The notes beneath the pieces are model-generated. The model was not told the DNA's origin. It saw only the letters and a program-made list of their open reading frames with translations, and ran no database searches. 46,799 nucleotides of DNA, from IMG/VR virus record IMGVR_UViG_3300025084_000049, positions 1 to 46,799 of that record; one strand, given 5' to 3'. The position numbers and the translations under genes were made by a program. The stretch is from a virus. Lineage: Duplodnaviria; Caudoviricetes. This document shows positions 1 through 9,352 of the stretch, piece after piece. How positions within the stretch are numbered: the first letter of the stretch is position 1; each line of letters starts with the position of its first letter.

Positions 1-2
1 CT

Positions 3-125
3 AGAATAGAAGCCTTAGAAAAGGTAGTTCAAAGTCAGGCTGTAACTCTTGGACGTATGGATGAGAATATTAAGGCTATACGACACTCAGTGGAAAAGAT
101 GGCGAATAGGGATACGGAACAGTAA
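3..125 (+). CDS. 3' end of a coiled-coil hypothetical protein (partial, runs off left edge)
   Basis: Open frame RIEALEKVVQSQAVTLGRMDENIKAIRHSVEKMANRDTEQ* ending TAA at 123-125, abutting the next ATG. Confidence 0.6.
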   Translation, partial: RIEALEKVVQSQAVTLGRMDENIKAIRHSVEKMANRDTEQ

Positions 126-593
126 ATGATTGAAGTTCTTGCATTAGCTGGTGCAGTTACTCAAATCAGTGGGGCTATAAGTAGTAGCATAAAAGCTGGC
201 AGGGACGTATCTGATCTATTACCCCACTTTGGTAAACTTGCCAAGCTAGATACTGAAATACAACTGGCAGAAACTGGTAGGCACAAAGGTCCACTAGGTA
301 GACTTACTTCATCAGAAGAAGAAGGCTTTGCTATAGCCCAAGCAAAGATGAAGCATAAAGAGTCTATGGATGAACTTAGATCAGTGTGTAGACTGTATGG
401 ACCTCCCGGCATGTGGGACATGGTGGTACGTGAACAGGCTGCTGCTAGACAACGACACAAAGAACAGCTTGATGCAGAAGCTAAAGCTAGAGATCAAATG
501 TTTTGGGGTATATCAGTAAGTCTAGGTGCTATAGTATTTATAGGTGGACTTGTACTAATGGTATATGGATTAAATGAAGCAGTAAATGGATAA
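126..593 (+). CDS. Hypothetical membrane protein
   Basis: 155 aa ORF with C-terminal TM segment (FWGISVSLGAIVFIGGLVLMVYGL); overlaps the next start. Confidence 0.75.
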   Translation: MIEVLALAGAVTQISGAISSSIKAGRDVSDLLPHFGKLAKLDTEIQLAETGRHKGPLGRLTSSEEEGFAIAQAKMKHKESMDELRSVCRLYGPPGMWDMVVREQAAARQRHKEQLDAEAKARDQMFWGISVSLGAIVFIGGLVLMVYGLNEAVNG

Positions 594-2559
594 TAGTATG
601 ATACAATTCAAAGGATTTAAACCACAGGCTATGCAACGTATTGCAGGTACTATGGGCTATCAAGGCGACATGAATGGCTTTAATACGTTCTTACAACAAA
701 ACCCTGACAAGATGCAACAAATGAATATGTATCAGAATAAGGCCATGCAGATGGTTAAAGGTGGCATGGTTAAGATGCAACAAGGTGGTACTGTAACGGG
801 GAATACTAATCCAATTACTGAAAAGGACTACAGTCAAAGTGACAAAGTGCCACCACAACAACCTGAGTATCAGGGTGAATCTATTACAGAGTTACAAGCA
901 CAACGTGCTATTGATCCCTCACTACCTTATGGTGCTACAGTACAACCAGTTGGAACACAAATAACAAGTGATCAAATGATTGATCCTAGAAGTGGTCAAG
1001 TTACAGGCGATATTCAAACAGGTACAACACAGGTAACTGCTGCACAGGCTGATGTACCAACCGCAACTCCTGCTGCTACTATGGATGCTGCTAAATCATC
1101 TGATGCTGTAGCTAATGCTGTAGCACAAACAACTGCAGCACAGGGTCAAGTTGATCCTAATGCAATTGTAAATGCACAGCAAGCTACATCAACTAGTGTA
1201 AGTGATCTTGAAGCTGCTCAAGGTAAAGCCGTATTAATGGATAACCCTGTGCAACGTAAAGTAGAGCAAGGTGAATTAGTTAACCCTTCTGCTAATGCAG
1301 CCACTGCTGCTAAGTTTACTGAAGAAGTACAAGCTGCGCAAGCTACTCCTACCAAACAGGCTACAGTTCAAGGTCAGCTTGATACATTAATGCAACAGTT
1401 TGAAGGTGGTGCTACACCTGCATGGGCTGCTGGTGCTATGCGTAATGCCACAGCTACTATGGCTGCACGTGGTTTGGGTGCTAGTAGCATGGCAGGACAG
1501 GCTCTTGTACAAGCAGCTATGGAGTCTGCACTACCTGTGGCACAAGCAGATGCAAAAACAATTGCATCCTTTGAAGCACAGAACTTGTCAAACCGTCAGC
1601 AACGTGCTATGCTTGCAGCAGAGCAACGTGCTAAGTTTATTGGTCAAGAGTTTGATCAATCATTCCAAGCACGTGTAATGAATGCAAGTAAGATTAGTGA
1701 CATTGCAAACATGAACTTTACTGCAGAGCAACAGGTTGCTTTGGAAAATAGTCGTGCAGCAAACACTATGAACCTAGCTAACTTAGGCAACAGACAGGCA
1801 CTTGTAATGTCTGAGGCTGCAGCCCTAGCCAACATGGACATGGCTAACCTGAATAACCGACAGCAAGCTGCTGTAATGAATGCACAGTCTTTCCTACAGA
1901 TGGATATGGCTAACTTAAATAATCAACAACAGACAGAATTGTTTAAGGCTCAACAAACAGTACAGTCTTTGTTTACTGACCAAGCTGCTGAGAATGCTTC
2001 ACGTCAGTTTAATGCAACTAGTCAAAACCAAACTGATCAGTTCTTTGCTAACTTACAGACACAGGCATCACAGTTTAATACTTCACAGGCTAATGCCATT
2101 GCGCAGTTTAATGCAGGTGAAGCTAATGTAATGGAAAAGTTTGCTGCAGAAATGATGAACCAACGTGATCAGTTCAATGCACAAAACAGATTAGTGATTG
2201 ATCAACAAAATGCACAGTGGCGTAAGCAAGTAGCAACAGCAGATACTGCAGCTATTAATCGTGCTAATGAGATTAATGCAACTAACTTACTAAACATATC
2301 CAACAATGCATACAATGATCTGTGGTCATACTATCAAGACAGCATGGAATATGCTTGGAATAGTACTGCGAATGAACGGGACAGACTTCACCAAATCACA
2401 ATGAAGAAAATGGAAGTTGATGCAAGTGTTGATGCTGCTTCATTACTTGCAGATCAAGCATCTTCTAGTGCTTGGGGTAGTCTCGTAGCTACGATGTTTA
2501 CTTCAAAGATAGGTGGTGACACCTTACTTGGTAAAGGTTTTGACTATCTATTTACATAA
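586..2559 (+). CDS. Q/A/N-rich putative internal virion (ejection) protein
   Basis: 657 aa, helical Q/A/N/M-rich repeats (ANLNNRQQ, ANLNNQQQ); sits in the late cluster upstream of other large ORFs. Confidence 0.6.
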   Translation: MDNSMIQFKGFKPQAMQRIAGTMGYQGDMNGFNTFLQQNPDKMQQMNMYQNKAMQMVKGGMVKMQQGGTVTGNTNPITEKDYSQSDKVPPQQPEYQGESITELQAQRAIDPSLPYGATVQPVGTQITSDQMIDPRSGQVTGDIQTGTTQVTAAQADVPTATPAATMDAAKSSDAVANAVAQTTAAQGQVDPNAIVNAQQATSTSVSDLEAAQGKAVLMDNPVQRKVEQGELVNPSANAATAAKFTEEVQAAQATPTKQATVQGQLDTLMQQFEGGATPAWAAGAMRNATATMAARGLGASSMAGQALVQAAMESALPVAQADAKTIASFEAQNLSNRQQRAMLAAEQRAKFIGQEFDQSFQARVMNASKISDIANMNFTAEQQVALENSRAANTMNLANLGNRQALVMSEAAALANMDMANLNNRQQAAVMNAQSFLQMDMANLNNQQQTELFKAQQTVQSLFTDQAAENASRQFNATSQNQTDQFFANLQTQASQFNTSQANAIAQFNAGEANVMEKFAAEMMNQRDQFNAQNRLVIDQQNAQWRKQVATADTAAINRANEINATNLLNISNNAYNDLWSYYQDSMEYAWNSTANERDRLHQITMKKMEVDASVDAASLLADQASSSAWGSLVATMFTSKIGGDTLLGKGFDYLFT

Positions 2560-2570
2560 GGACACATACA

Positions 2571-2774
2571 ATGGACGTTAATCCAGCATATATGGCATAC
2601 ACAAACTTAGGTATAAAAGAGGAGGAAGCTCCTGTAAAACAAACAAAGAGCTTTGGTTTACTTTCTCGTAAAGGAAATAGTAAATCTAATGATACTAAAA
2701 ATGAACCTCTTGATCGTGTTCGTGGTTATGTCACTTCATTACGTAAAGCAAGAAAGCAAATAACAAATGGTTGA
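2571..2774 (+). CDS. Hypothetical protein
   Basis: 67 aa ORF, AAGGA RBS, overlaps the next gene. Confidence 0.7.
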   Translation: MDVNPAYMAYTNLGIKEEEAPVKQTKSFGLLSRKGNSKSNDTKNEPLDRVRGYVTSLRKARKQITNG

Positions 2775-3279
2775 AACACTTACTCCTACTATGGACTACC
2801 CTATAGCTGGACAGGGTATGACTGCTGAACTAGGTAGCAGACCTTGGCAGAACCCACCACAGTATGCCTCTGTAGAAGAAGCACTTGAGTGGTATATACC
2901 TAGACTTGTATCTGATGAGATGTATGAGGGTATAGTGGACACTATGGAACTTGGTGTACCCCTTACCACTATGGCTGATACCCTACAGACAGGTGGTGTT
3001 ATGCAGGGCTTACACACAATTGATGTTGGTATGTTGGCTATCCCTGTAATCATTGAGATGCTTGCCTATATTGCAGAAGATGCAGGAATAGAGTATACTA
3101 TGGGTACAGATAAACGCATTGACGATGACAAGATTAGTGATGTTAAGATTGCACTAGCTATGAAGAAGATGCGTGAAAAGCTACCAGAAGCTGTAGAAGA
3201 ACGTGAAGAAGAGCCAGAGGTAATGGAAGATACACCAGTAGAACCTGCACCTAGTGGGCTTATGGCAAGGAGAGTGTAA
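2767..3279 (+). CDS. Hypothetical (virion-associated?) protein
   Basis: 170 aa acidic ORF ending GLMARRV, coupled to its neighbours. Confidence 0.7.
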   Translation: MVETLTPTMDYPIAGQGMTAELGSRPWQNPPQYASVEEALEWYIPRLVSDEMYEGIVDTMELGVPLTTMADTLQTGGVMQGLHTIDVGMLAIPVIIEMLAYIAEDAGIEYTMGTDKRIDDDKISDVKIALAMKKMREKLPEAVEEREEEPEVMEDTPVEPAPSGLMARRV

Positions 3280-4499
3280 TGGCATTTAATTTAAATTTAC
3301 AGGGGTTTGGTGCTGGGTTTGCTAGTACTATGGCAAGCACACTAACCGAACAACGTCAACGTCAAGAAAGACTACACGACGAAGCAACTAGTCTTGCTAC
3401 TAGACAACGACTAGCTAAACAAGCAGATCGTGAAGCTAAACAGACACAAATTGATGAATACACAGGCTTGCTTACTAGTTTGGGCATAGACCCAAAACAT
3501 GTTGATGCTATTGCAAAGAGTGGTTTAAGTGGTTTAAAACTACACGCAGGTTATGCACAAACCGCCTTTGAACAGGGTAAAGATTATAATACATTTTTAA
3601 GTGTTGCCCCAACAGCAGACTTAAATAATTCTGAAACTGCAGAAATAATTAGTGGTGCTACTAAAACAAAAACAGAGACAGAAACAGCTATACCTACAGG
3701 AGCAGAGAAATCTCCAGCCACTATTGGTGGTATAGGATTAGATAGAGATATGCTTTCTGGTTTATTCCCTAAAAAATCTGATGCCAATAGTTACGCACAA
3801 ATGAAAGCACAAGCACTTGACTTAAAGTTAAAGGCTGAACAAGCTGGTGATACAGAACTTGCTAATAAATATGCTAGTCGAATACAAAGTATAATGGAGC
3901 AAGAAAGCCTAGAAGCAAAAGATACTGTTAAAAAGACAGGAGAGTACAAACCGCATACACCAAGTAGTGTTAATAGTCTGTATACTTCAAGTAGGGCTAC
4001 TGCTGGTCAGTTGTTACAACAATCGGTAGGTGAACTAGGGCAAATAACAAGTGACCTAATGGGTAATCTGATGATTGCACCTATGCAGGAATATCTTGCA
4101 TACTCCTTAATGAAATCAAGTGCTGTTGAAGAAGATAGAACTCTCATAGACTTTGCTAATGGTAGACAGTCAATGGCAATAGACGGTGTATCAAAGGCTG
4201 CTCAAAATAAATTCAATGAATTTAAAAGGCTTAATAACGTTGAACCTCAACCAAATGGTACTGTTACAGGTTTAAACGGTGTTAAATACTACCAAGCACC
4301 TAAGTCTAAGGCAGGTGATGTAGTAGACGTATCAAAAGTAAATCCTGCGGCTTCATTACATGCAGGTGGTGCATCTTCTTCGATGAACTACGGAGACACA
4401 GTAGTTATAGAGGATACTTTTGGTAACACTAGAATAGTCGTATATACAGGTGTACCAAATCCTTTAGCCGAAGGTGCTCCATATCTAATAATACAGTAG
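3279..4499 (+). CDS. Putative internal virion protein
   Basis: 406 aa, GGAG RBS, N-terminal GFGAGFA followed by coiled coil, typical of podovirus core proteins. Confidence 0.55.
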   Translation: MAFNLNLQGFGAGFASTMASTLTEQRQRQERLHDEATSLATRQRLAKQADREAKQTQIDEYTGLLTSLGIDPKHVDAIAKSGLSGLKLHAGYAQTAFEQGKDYNTFLSVAPTADLNNSETAEIISGATKTKTETETAIPTGAEKSPATIGGIGLDRDMLSGLFPKKSDANSYAQMKAQALDLKLKAEQAGDTELANKYASRIQSIMEQESLEAKDTVKKTGEYKPHTPSSVNSLYTSSRATAGQLLQQSVGELGQITSDLMGNLMIAPMQEYLAYSLMKSSAVEEDRTLIDFANGRQSMAIDGVSKAAQNKFNEFKRLNNVEPQPNGTVTGLNGVKYYQAPKSKAGDVVDVSKVNPAASLHAGGASSSMNYGDTVVIEDTFGNTRIVVYTGVPNPLAEGAPYLIIQ

Positions 4500-4506
4500 G
4501 TTATTT

Positions 4507-7500
4507 ATGCAACAAAACAATACAAGTATGGGTATCTATTTTGATCAAAATAAAAACTCTACAACACAACCAGTAGGTATAAATCAACCTGTTGTTTTTG
4601 ATCAAGATAAATTTAAAAAAGATGGTGGGGCAATTTACTTTGATCAAGACAAAGTACCCAGTAAACCCGAAGCACCAGAAACAATAGACCCAAACTACCA
4701 AGAACAAAAGTTGTTGAACAACCCACCAGATGATGGGGCAGATGATACAACTATGTTGGGTAGTATTGCTAGTGATGTCGGTGGTTTTATTGGGAGTGGT
4801 GAAATTATAACTGCACCACTAGAAGGTGTTGCTAAAGGTGTAGCAGAAGTAGGCCAGTTTCTTGATGAGACAGGTGAATACATTGAAGATAAATTAAATG
4901 TAGGCAGACTTATATTTAAAGACAATCCTGACAGCTTTCTTCCTACAATAGAATACTGGTCAAGGGATAAAGTACGTGAAGCAGGTTTAAAAGATTCCCT
5001 ATTGAATGGGGTAATTAAAACTGCTGACGCAGCAGAAGAAGCCATACCCGATACCGATACTGTTACTGGTGTTTTCATAGAAGCACTAGCTCAGTTTGGT
5101 ACGGGTTTTGCTTTATCAAGGAGAATATCGGGTATCGGTGGTGTAAAAGGTACACTGTTAAACTCTGCTGTTGCAGATGCTACTGCGTTTGATCCCTTTG
5201 AAGAAAACATATCTTCTATGCTGAAACAAAACGGTTGGGTAAAGGGTGCATTTGTCGATGCTCTTGCTACGGATGAGGATGCTAGTGCATTTCAGAATAG
5301 ATTAAAGAATGCTGGTGAGGGTTTCATTGTAGGTGGTGCTTTAGAAGGGCTTACTGCTGCGTACAGAGCCGCACGTGCTACACGTAAAGCTAAAGAAGAA
5401 GTCATAACCGATGGCGAAGTTTCTGAAACAACAGCCAAAGAGTTTGACGATGCCGCAGATGAAGTAGAGGCAATGGCTGCTAAACTACAGCAGGATGTAG
5501 ATAACTGGAAAGCTGGTAAGACAGACGAAATTGACAGTAAGCCTGACGAAGAAGCAGTTAAACAAGAAAGAATTAAGCACACTAAAAAGTACGACATTGA
5601 TGCAGCTAAAGCAAACACAGAAGAACAGATAAAAGAAACAAAAGAGTTAGCAAGAAAAACTGCTGCAGCTAATCAGGGTATTGCACGTGAGCTAATAGAA
5701 AACTTTGAACGTAAACTTCTTGAAGACGAAGGTATAACTACAAATAAAATATCCTATGAAGATGCAAACGGTAACTTAGTGATTGATCCAGAACTTGCAA
5801 GGCAGGTATCAAGAGAAAAAATAAACTCTGTTGCAACTGTAAAACAAAAAACCGTACAAGATATTGTCTTCGGTAAATCCGCAGTGGAAGATGGTGAATA
5901 CCTAGAGTTAGCCATGTCTGAGGGTGACACGTTTTCTGCTATACTAAAGCCAGAAAAGTTTGATGCCATCGTATCTATTGCAGCTAAATATAAAAATCAA
6001 TTTGGTAAAGATTGGGATAATGCTGGTGATACTATTATTGATAAGCTGTTCAATCTTACAGTAGATAAAAAATTAATTGGTGGTGAAGAACTACTAACAG
6101 ACCTAGCTAAGTACGGCCTTAACTTTGAAGACTACGTTATGACTGTAGTAGGATCAGGGTCAGAGGCAGGTAAAATACTTAATAAACTATCGCAGATTAA
6201 ACGTGCTAGACCTTTAACATCTCAAGAAGAAGCAAGACAAAAGGCATTACTAAAAGAACAAGACAGAATACGTAGCACCTTTATGCGTATTGAAAATGTA
6301 CGTAGAGGTATGATGGTATCTCAAGTTGCAACTGCTGCTCGTAACCTACAATCAGGTATAGTACGTGCTCCATTAGAAGCCTTGGGTAAGGTAATGGACG
6401 ATGCACTATATAACTTTGGTGAAGGTGGTTTTTCTGGTTTCGGTAGGACATTAGCATCAGCAGAAACTTGGCGTGGGGCGTTTCGTCATATGGATACTAT
6501 GTTTAGAAATCAAAAGGCAGCAAAAGAATATACTCGTTTCTTTTTAGAGCAGCCTGAATTGGTAGACAGATTAGATACTTTCTACAATCAGATGGCTGAT
6601 ATGCAATTGAACATGGGGCGTGGGCAAGCTACTTCAAAAGCAGGTAAAGCTATAGATTCTATTGTGTCTAAAGGGGAAGACTTTTCTCATATACTTAACA
6701 CGCCTAACCGTTGGCAGGAATTTATGCTGCGTAACAGTATGTTTTTGTCTGACATGGAACGTTTAGTAAAACGTGAGTGGGATGTAGATTTAATTGATGA
6801 AATAAATAAAGGTAATATACGTGACATTATGAGTGACTCTGGTAAGTTTAAACCAGAAGGCGCACGTTCTATTATTGATATTGCTGATGAGTCTATATAT
6901 AATGCACTCGACTTAACCTACGCAAATAACCCTGACCTAAAAGTATTTAGAGATTTAAATAGTTTTATTGTACGTAATGGTCTTACAACTGTAATACCTT
7001 TCCCACGGTTTATGTTTAAGAGTATGGAATTGCTTGCGAAGTATGGTGCAGGAGCATCAATACCCGTTACTAGACTAGCAATTAAAGCCGTAAAAGGTGC
7101 AAGAGGTAAGGACTTACGTACCTTAACACGACAAGAAAGAGATTTAATAGGTAAGAACATACAAGGTATTCCTCTTATTGGTGCAGGTATATGGTATAGG
7201 TTACAAGAAGATTCTCCTGCAGAGTATCAGTTTATGAATGCTGATGATGGTATTGTCCTAGACACGTCAGCTATCTTTCCTTTACGTCCTATCTTATTGA
7301 TAGGTGAGTTAGTCAAACAGGGTTTGCAGGGAACTATACCACGTTGGGCAGAGAGAAACCCACAGGAAATTGTAGAGGTTCTTACTGGTACAAACTTTAG
7401 AGTTGGTCCTTCTAACTTTATACTAAATGATATTGTTTCTACTGTATTTGGTGACACTGAAATAAATGTAAACACTGCACGTCAAGCAGGTGGCGCACTA

Positions 7501-8229
7501 GGGAACTACTTCTCTACCTTCCTTGTGCCTTATGGTCAGTTGATTGACTCAGCAAGGGCAATGGGTCTAGCAAACAATGAGTACAAGGACATGGCTAACG
7601 AGCCTAGCCTTAGTAACAAGAACACCTTTTACGATAACCTAGAACGTCCGTTTAGATCAAGATACTCGCCAGACGATGACAGACCTAATCGTGAGTTTGT
7701 TTTAAAGGATGAGGCTGATCGTAAGAGAATGTCGGCAAAGGTTTTGTTTGGTCTTAACTTCCATTCTGCAGATACAGAGTATGCAAGATACTTAAAGAAC
7801 AATGGTTTCTCTGAGTTTAAACTTGGCAGTAATTCACGATCACCGCAGCAACGCAGAGATGAGAATGTATACATTCGTCAGTATCTAAAGGCTCAAGTAC
7901 CTGCACTGCAACAGGCAGAAGAACAACTACGTAGACAGTGGGAAAATATGTCAGATGAAGCTAAAGAAGGATTGACATTTGACCAAGCTGTAGACACAAG
8001 AATAATGTCTCCTTTTGAAAAGAACCTTAGAAAGATAAAGGCAAGACTACGTAAGTCCTCTGGTGCTGAACTGGATGAAGAAGTTAAAGCATACCTTGAA
8101 TTAAATAAAGTACCAAGAGCCAAGAAAAGAAGAGCTATAGCTGAGTATCAAATGCTAACAGGCGAAGTGCCTGACATGACTGATCCAACTACAGTACGAA
8201 AAGTAGTAACCATAGCAAAGAAAAAATAA
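4507..8229 (+). CDS. Large putative internal virion protein
   Basis: 1240 aa helical ORF, last gene of the + arm, in the position of podovirus large ejection proteins. Confidence 0.6.
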   Translation: MQQNNTSMGIYFDQNKNSTTQPVGINQPVVFDQDKFKKDGGAIYFDQDKVPSKPEAPETIDPNYQEQKLLNNPPDDGADDTTMLGSIASDVGGFIGSGEIITAPLEGVAKGVAEVGQFLDETGEYIEDKLNVGRLIFKDNPDSFLPTIEYWSRDKVREAGLKDSLLNGVIKTADAAEEAIPDTDTVTGVFIEALAQFGTGFALSRRISGIGGVKGTLLNSAVADATAFDPFEENISSMLKQNGWVKGAFVDALATDEDASAFQNRLKNAGEGFIVGGALEGLTAAYRAARATRKAKEEVITDGEVSETTAKEFDDAADEVEAMAAKLQQDVDNWKAGKTDEIDSKPDEEAVKQERIKHTKKYDIDAAKANTEEQIKETKELARKTAAANQGIARELIENFERKLLEDEGITTNKISYEDANGNLVIDPELARQVSREKINSVATVKQKTVQDIVFGKSAVEDGEYLELAMSEGDTFSAILKPEKFDAIVSIAAKYKNQFGKDWDNAGDTIIDKLFNLTVDKKLIGGEELLTDLAKYGLNFEDYVMTVVGSGSEAGKILNKLSQIKRARPLTSQEEARQKALLKEQDRIRSTFMRIENVRRGMMVSQVATAARNLQSGIVRAPLEALGKVMDDALYNFGEGGFSGFGRTLASAETWRGAFRHMDTMFRNQKAAKEYTRFFLEQPELVDRLDTFYNQMADMQLNMGRGQATSKAGKAIDSIVSKGEDFSHILNTPNRWQEFMLRNSMFLSDMERLVKREWDVDLIDEINKGNIRDIMSDSGKFKPEGARSIIDIADESIYNALDLTYANNPDLKVFRDLNSFIVRNGLTTVIPFPRFMFKSMELLAKYGAGASIPVTRLAIKAVKGARGKDLRTLTRQERDLIGKNIQGIPLIGAGIWYRLQEDSPAEYQFMNADDGIVLDTSAIFPLRPILLIGELVKQGLQGTIPRWAERNPQEIVEVLTGTNFRVGPSNFILNDIVSTVFGDTEINVNTARQAGGALGNYFSTFLVPYGQLIDSARAMGLANNEYKDMANEPSLSNKNTFYDNLERPFRSRYSPDDDRPNREFVLKDEADRKRMSAKVLFGLNFHSADTEYARYLKNNGFSEFKLGSNSRSPQQRRDENVYIRQYLKAQVPALQQAEEQLRRQWENMSDEAKEGLTFDQAVDTRIMSPFEKNLRKIKARLRKSSGAELDEEVKAYLELNKVPRAKKRRAIAEYQMLTGEVPDMTDPTTVRKVVTIAKKK

Positions 8230-8255
8230 AGGGGCTTAATTGCCCCTCTTTTTTT
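8219..8255. terminator. Bidirectional rho-independent terminator between the convergent arms
   Basis: AGGGGC-TTAATT-GCCCCT stem flanked by an A-run on the left and a T-run on the right, between convergent stops at 8229 and 8258. Confidence 0.85.
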
Positions 8256-8257
8256 GT

Positions 8258-8638
8258 CTATCGTTTGTCTCCACTTCCACCAATAGTACCTGCATTCTTT
8301 CTTGCTAGTAGCTTGGCTTGGTTCTGACCTGCTATCATACCTAGTGTGAGGTTGAGGTCAGTGGCTAGTGCCGCACAGTACCATAGTACATCCCCTATCT
8401 CACTGGCAATCTGTTCTCGCCAATCATCAGGACGTTTATCTGGACCGTCACGTATGAGCTTCTTAACTTTGTTAGCTACTTCACCTGCTTCCCCTGCCAA
8501 ACCAAGTGCAGGGTATATTATTTTGTGCTGATCAGGATAGATAGCTGTACTTGATGCATTCCTTTGATACGAATTAAAGTCAGACATGCTGTACTTCTCC
8601 TTTAGAAACTGCTCTGCCTCTGCCCGTAGTTCGTTCAT
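8258..8638 (-). CDS. mazG: MazG-like nucleoside triphosphate pyrophosphohydrolase
   Basis: LGLAGEAGEVANKVKK...EIGDVLWY motif and GSGDKR C-terminus. Confidence 0.9.
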   Translation of the reverse strand: MNELRAEAEQFLKEKYSMSDFNSYQRNASSTAIYPDQHKIIYPALGLAGEAGEVANKVKKLIRDGPDKRPDDWREQIASEIGDVLWYCAALATDLNLTLGMIAGQNQAKLLARKNAGTIGGSGDKR

Positions 8639-8840
8639 ACTCCTTAATCCTTTTTAGTTGATCATAGTAGGCTTTATTAAACCCACGTTCCCACTCACGA
8701 TGTTGCATCGTATGGATGCTGAATGGGCTAGACAACTTGTGTCCACTCTTAAAGGCACTATAGCCCATCTGAAACTGCACACGTAATGGTGCATCGTACT
8801 TACCCAAGCCACGTTCTTTTCTGTTAAGTTTCTTTGGCAT
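8580..8840 (-). CDS. Rmf (ribosome modulation factor)-like small protein
   Basis: FQMGYSAFKSG...SPF...REWERGFNKA resembles the Rmf pattern GYxAxxxG..PY..WxxGW; AGGAG RBS. Confidence 0.45.
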   Translation of the reverse strand: MPKKLNRKERGLGKYDAPLRVQFQMGYSAFKSGHKLSSPFSIHTMQHREWERGFNKAYYDQLKRIKEYERTTGRGRAVSKGEVQHV

Positions 8841-8851
8841 AGTAAATCTCC

Positions 8852-9298
8852 TTATGCTACGTTAATTAATTCAGCCTCTGTGTATGGGATGTGATAGAAC
8901 TTCTCACCCTTCACAATGTTACGTCCGTATGCTTCACGTAATCTTTCCTTAGTCAAGCTAGTATCTTTGATACGCCACACTTGCTTTAGGTCTTTACGAA
9001 ACACGTAGAAGTTAAGCACCCCATTCTCTCCCTCATACTTCTCAATCAAACGTCCCTTACGTTCTGGTATACGTATCTCTGCCCAATGTGTAGGCCAATC
9101 CCCTGACCATGCGACCTTTACTTCTGCTTCATTAAAGTATGTATAGTCTTTCTTAGTTGATACTACATCTACATTGTAGTCCTCTTCTGCGTTTGTAATC
9201 TCGTGACCTACACTTTGCAGATATTGTACGAGGGTTGTTTTTGCTGGTGCATCATAGGCATCATACAATGCTCTACTAAACTGTTTACGTGTTCCCAT
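8852..9298 (-). CDS. PD-(D/E)XK-like nuclease-fold protein
   Basis: VDVV...NEAEVK motif; AGGAG RBS. Confidence 0.5.
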   Translation of the reverse strand: MGTRKQFSRALYDAYDAPAKTTLVQYLQSVGHEITNAEEDYNVDVVSTKKDYTYFNEAEVKVAWSGDWPTHWAEIRIPERKGRLIEKYEGENGVLNFYVFRKDLKQVWRIKDTSLTKERLREAYGRNIVKGEKFYHIPYTEAELINVA

Positions 9299-9321
9299 TA
9301 TCTTTCTCCTTTTATTGTTGG

Positions 9322-9349
9322 TTTCCCCCCACCCCGTAAGGTGGGGAAA
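9322..9349 (-). other. GC-rich hairpin immediately after the RNR stop (mRNA stabilising/processing or weak terminator)
   Basis: TTTCCCC(CC)ACC-CCGTAA-GGTGGGGAAA; no U-tract on the - strand. Confidence 0.5.
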
Positions 9350-9352
9350 TTA

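Noticed and set aside
4507-8229. Virion-encapsidated RNA polymerase to read the hairpin promoters
   Set aside because: No recognisable single- or multi-subunit RNAP catalytic motif in this or the 1697-aa protein
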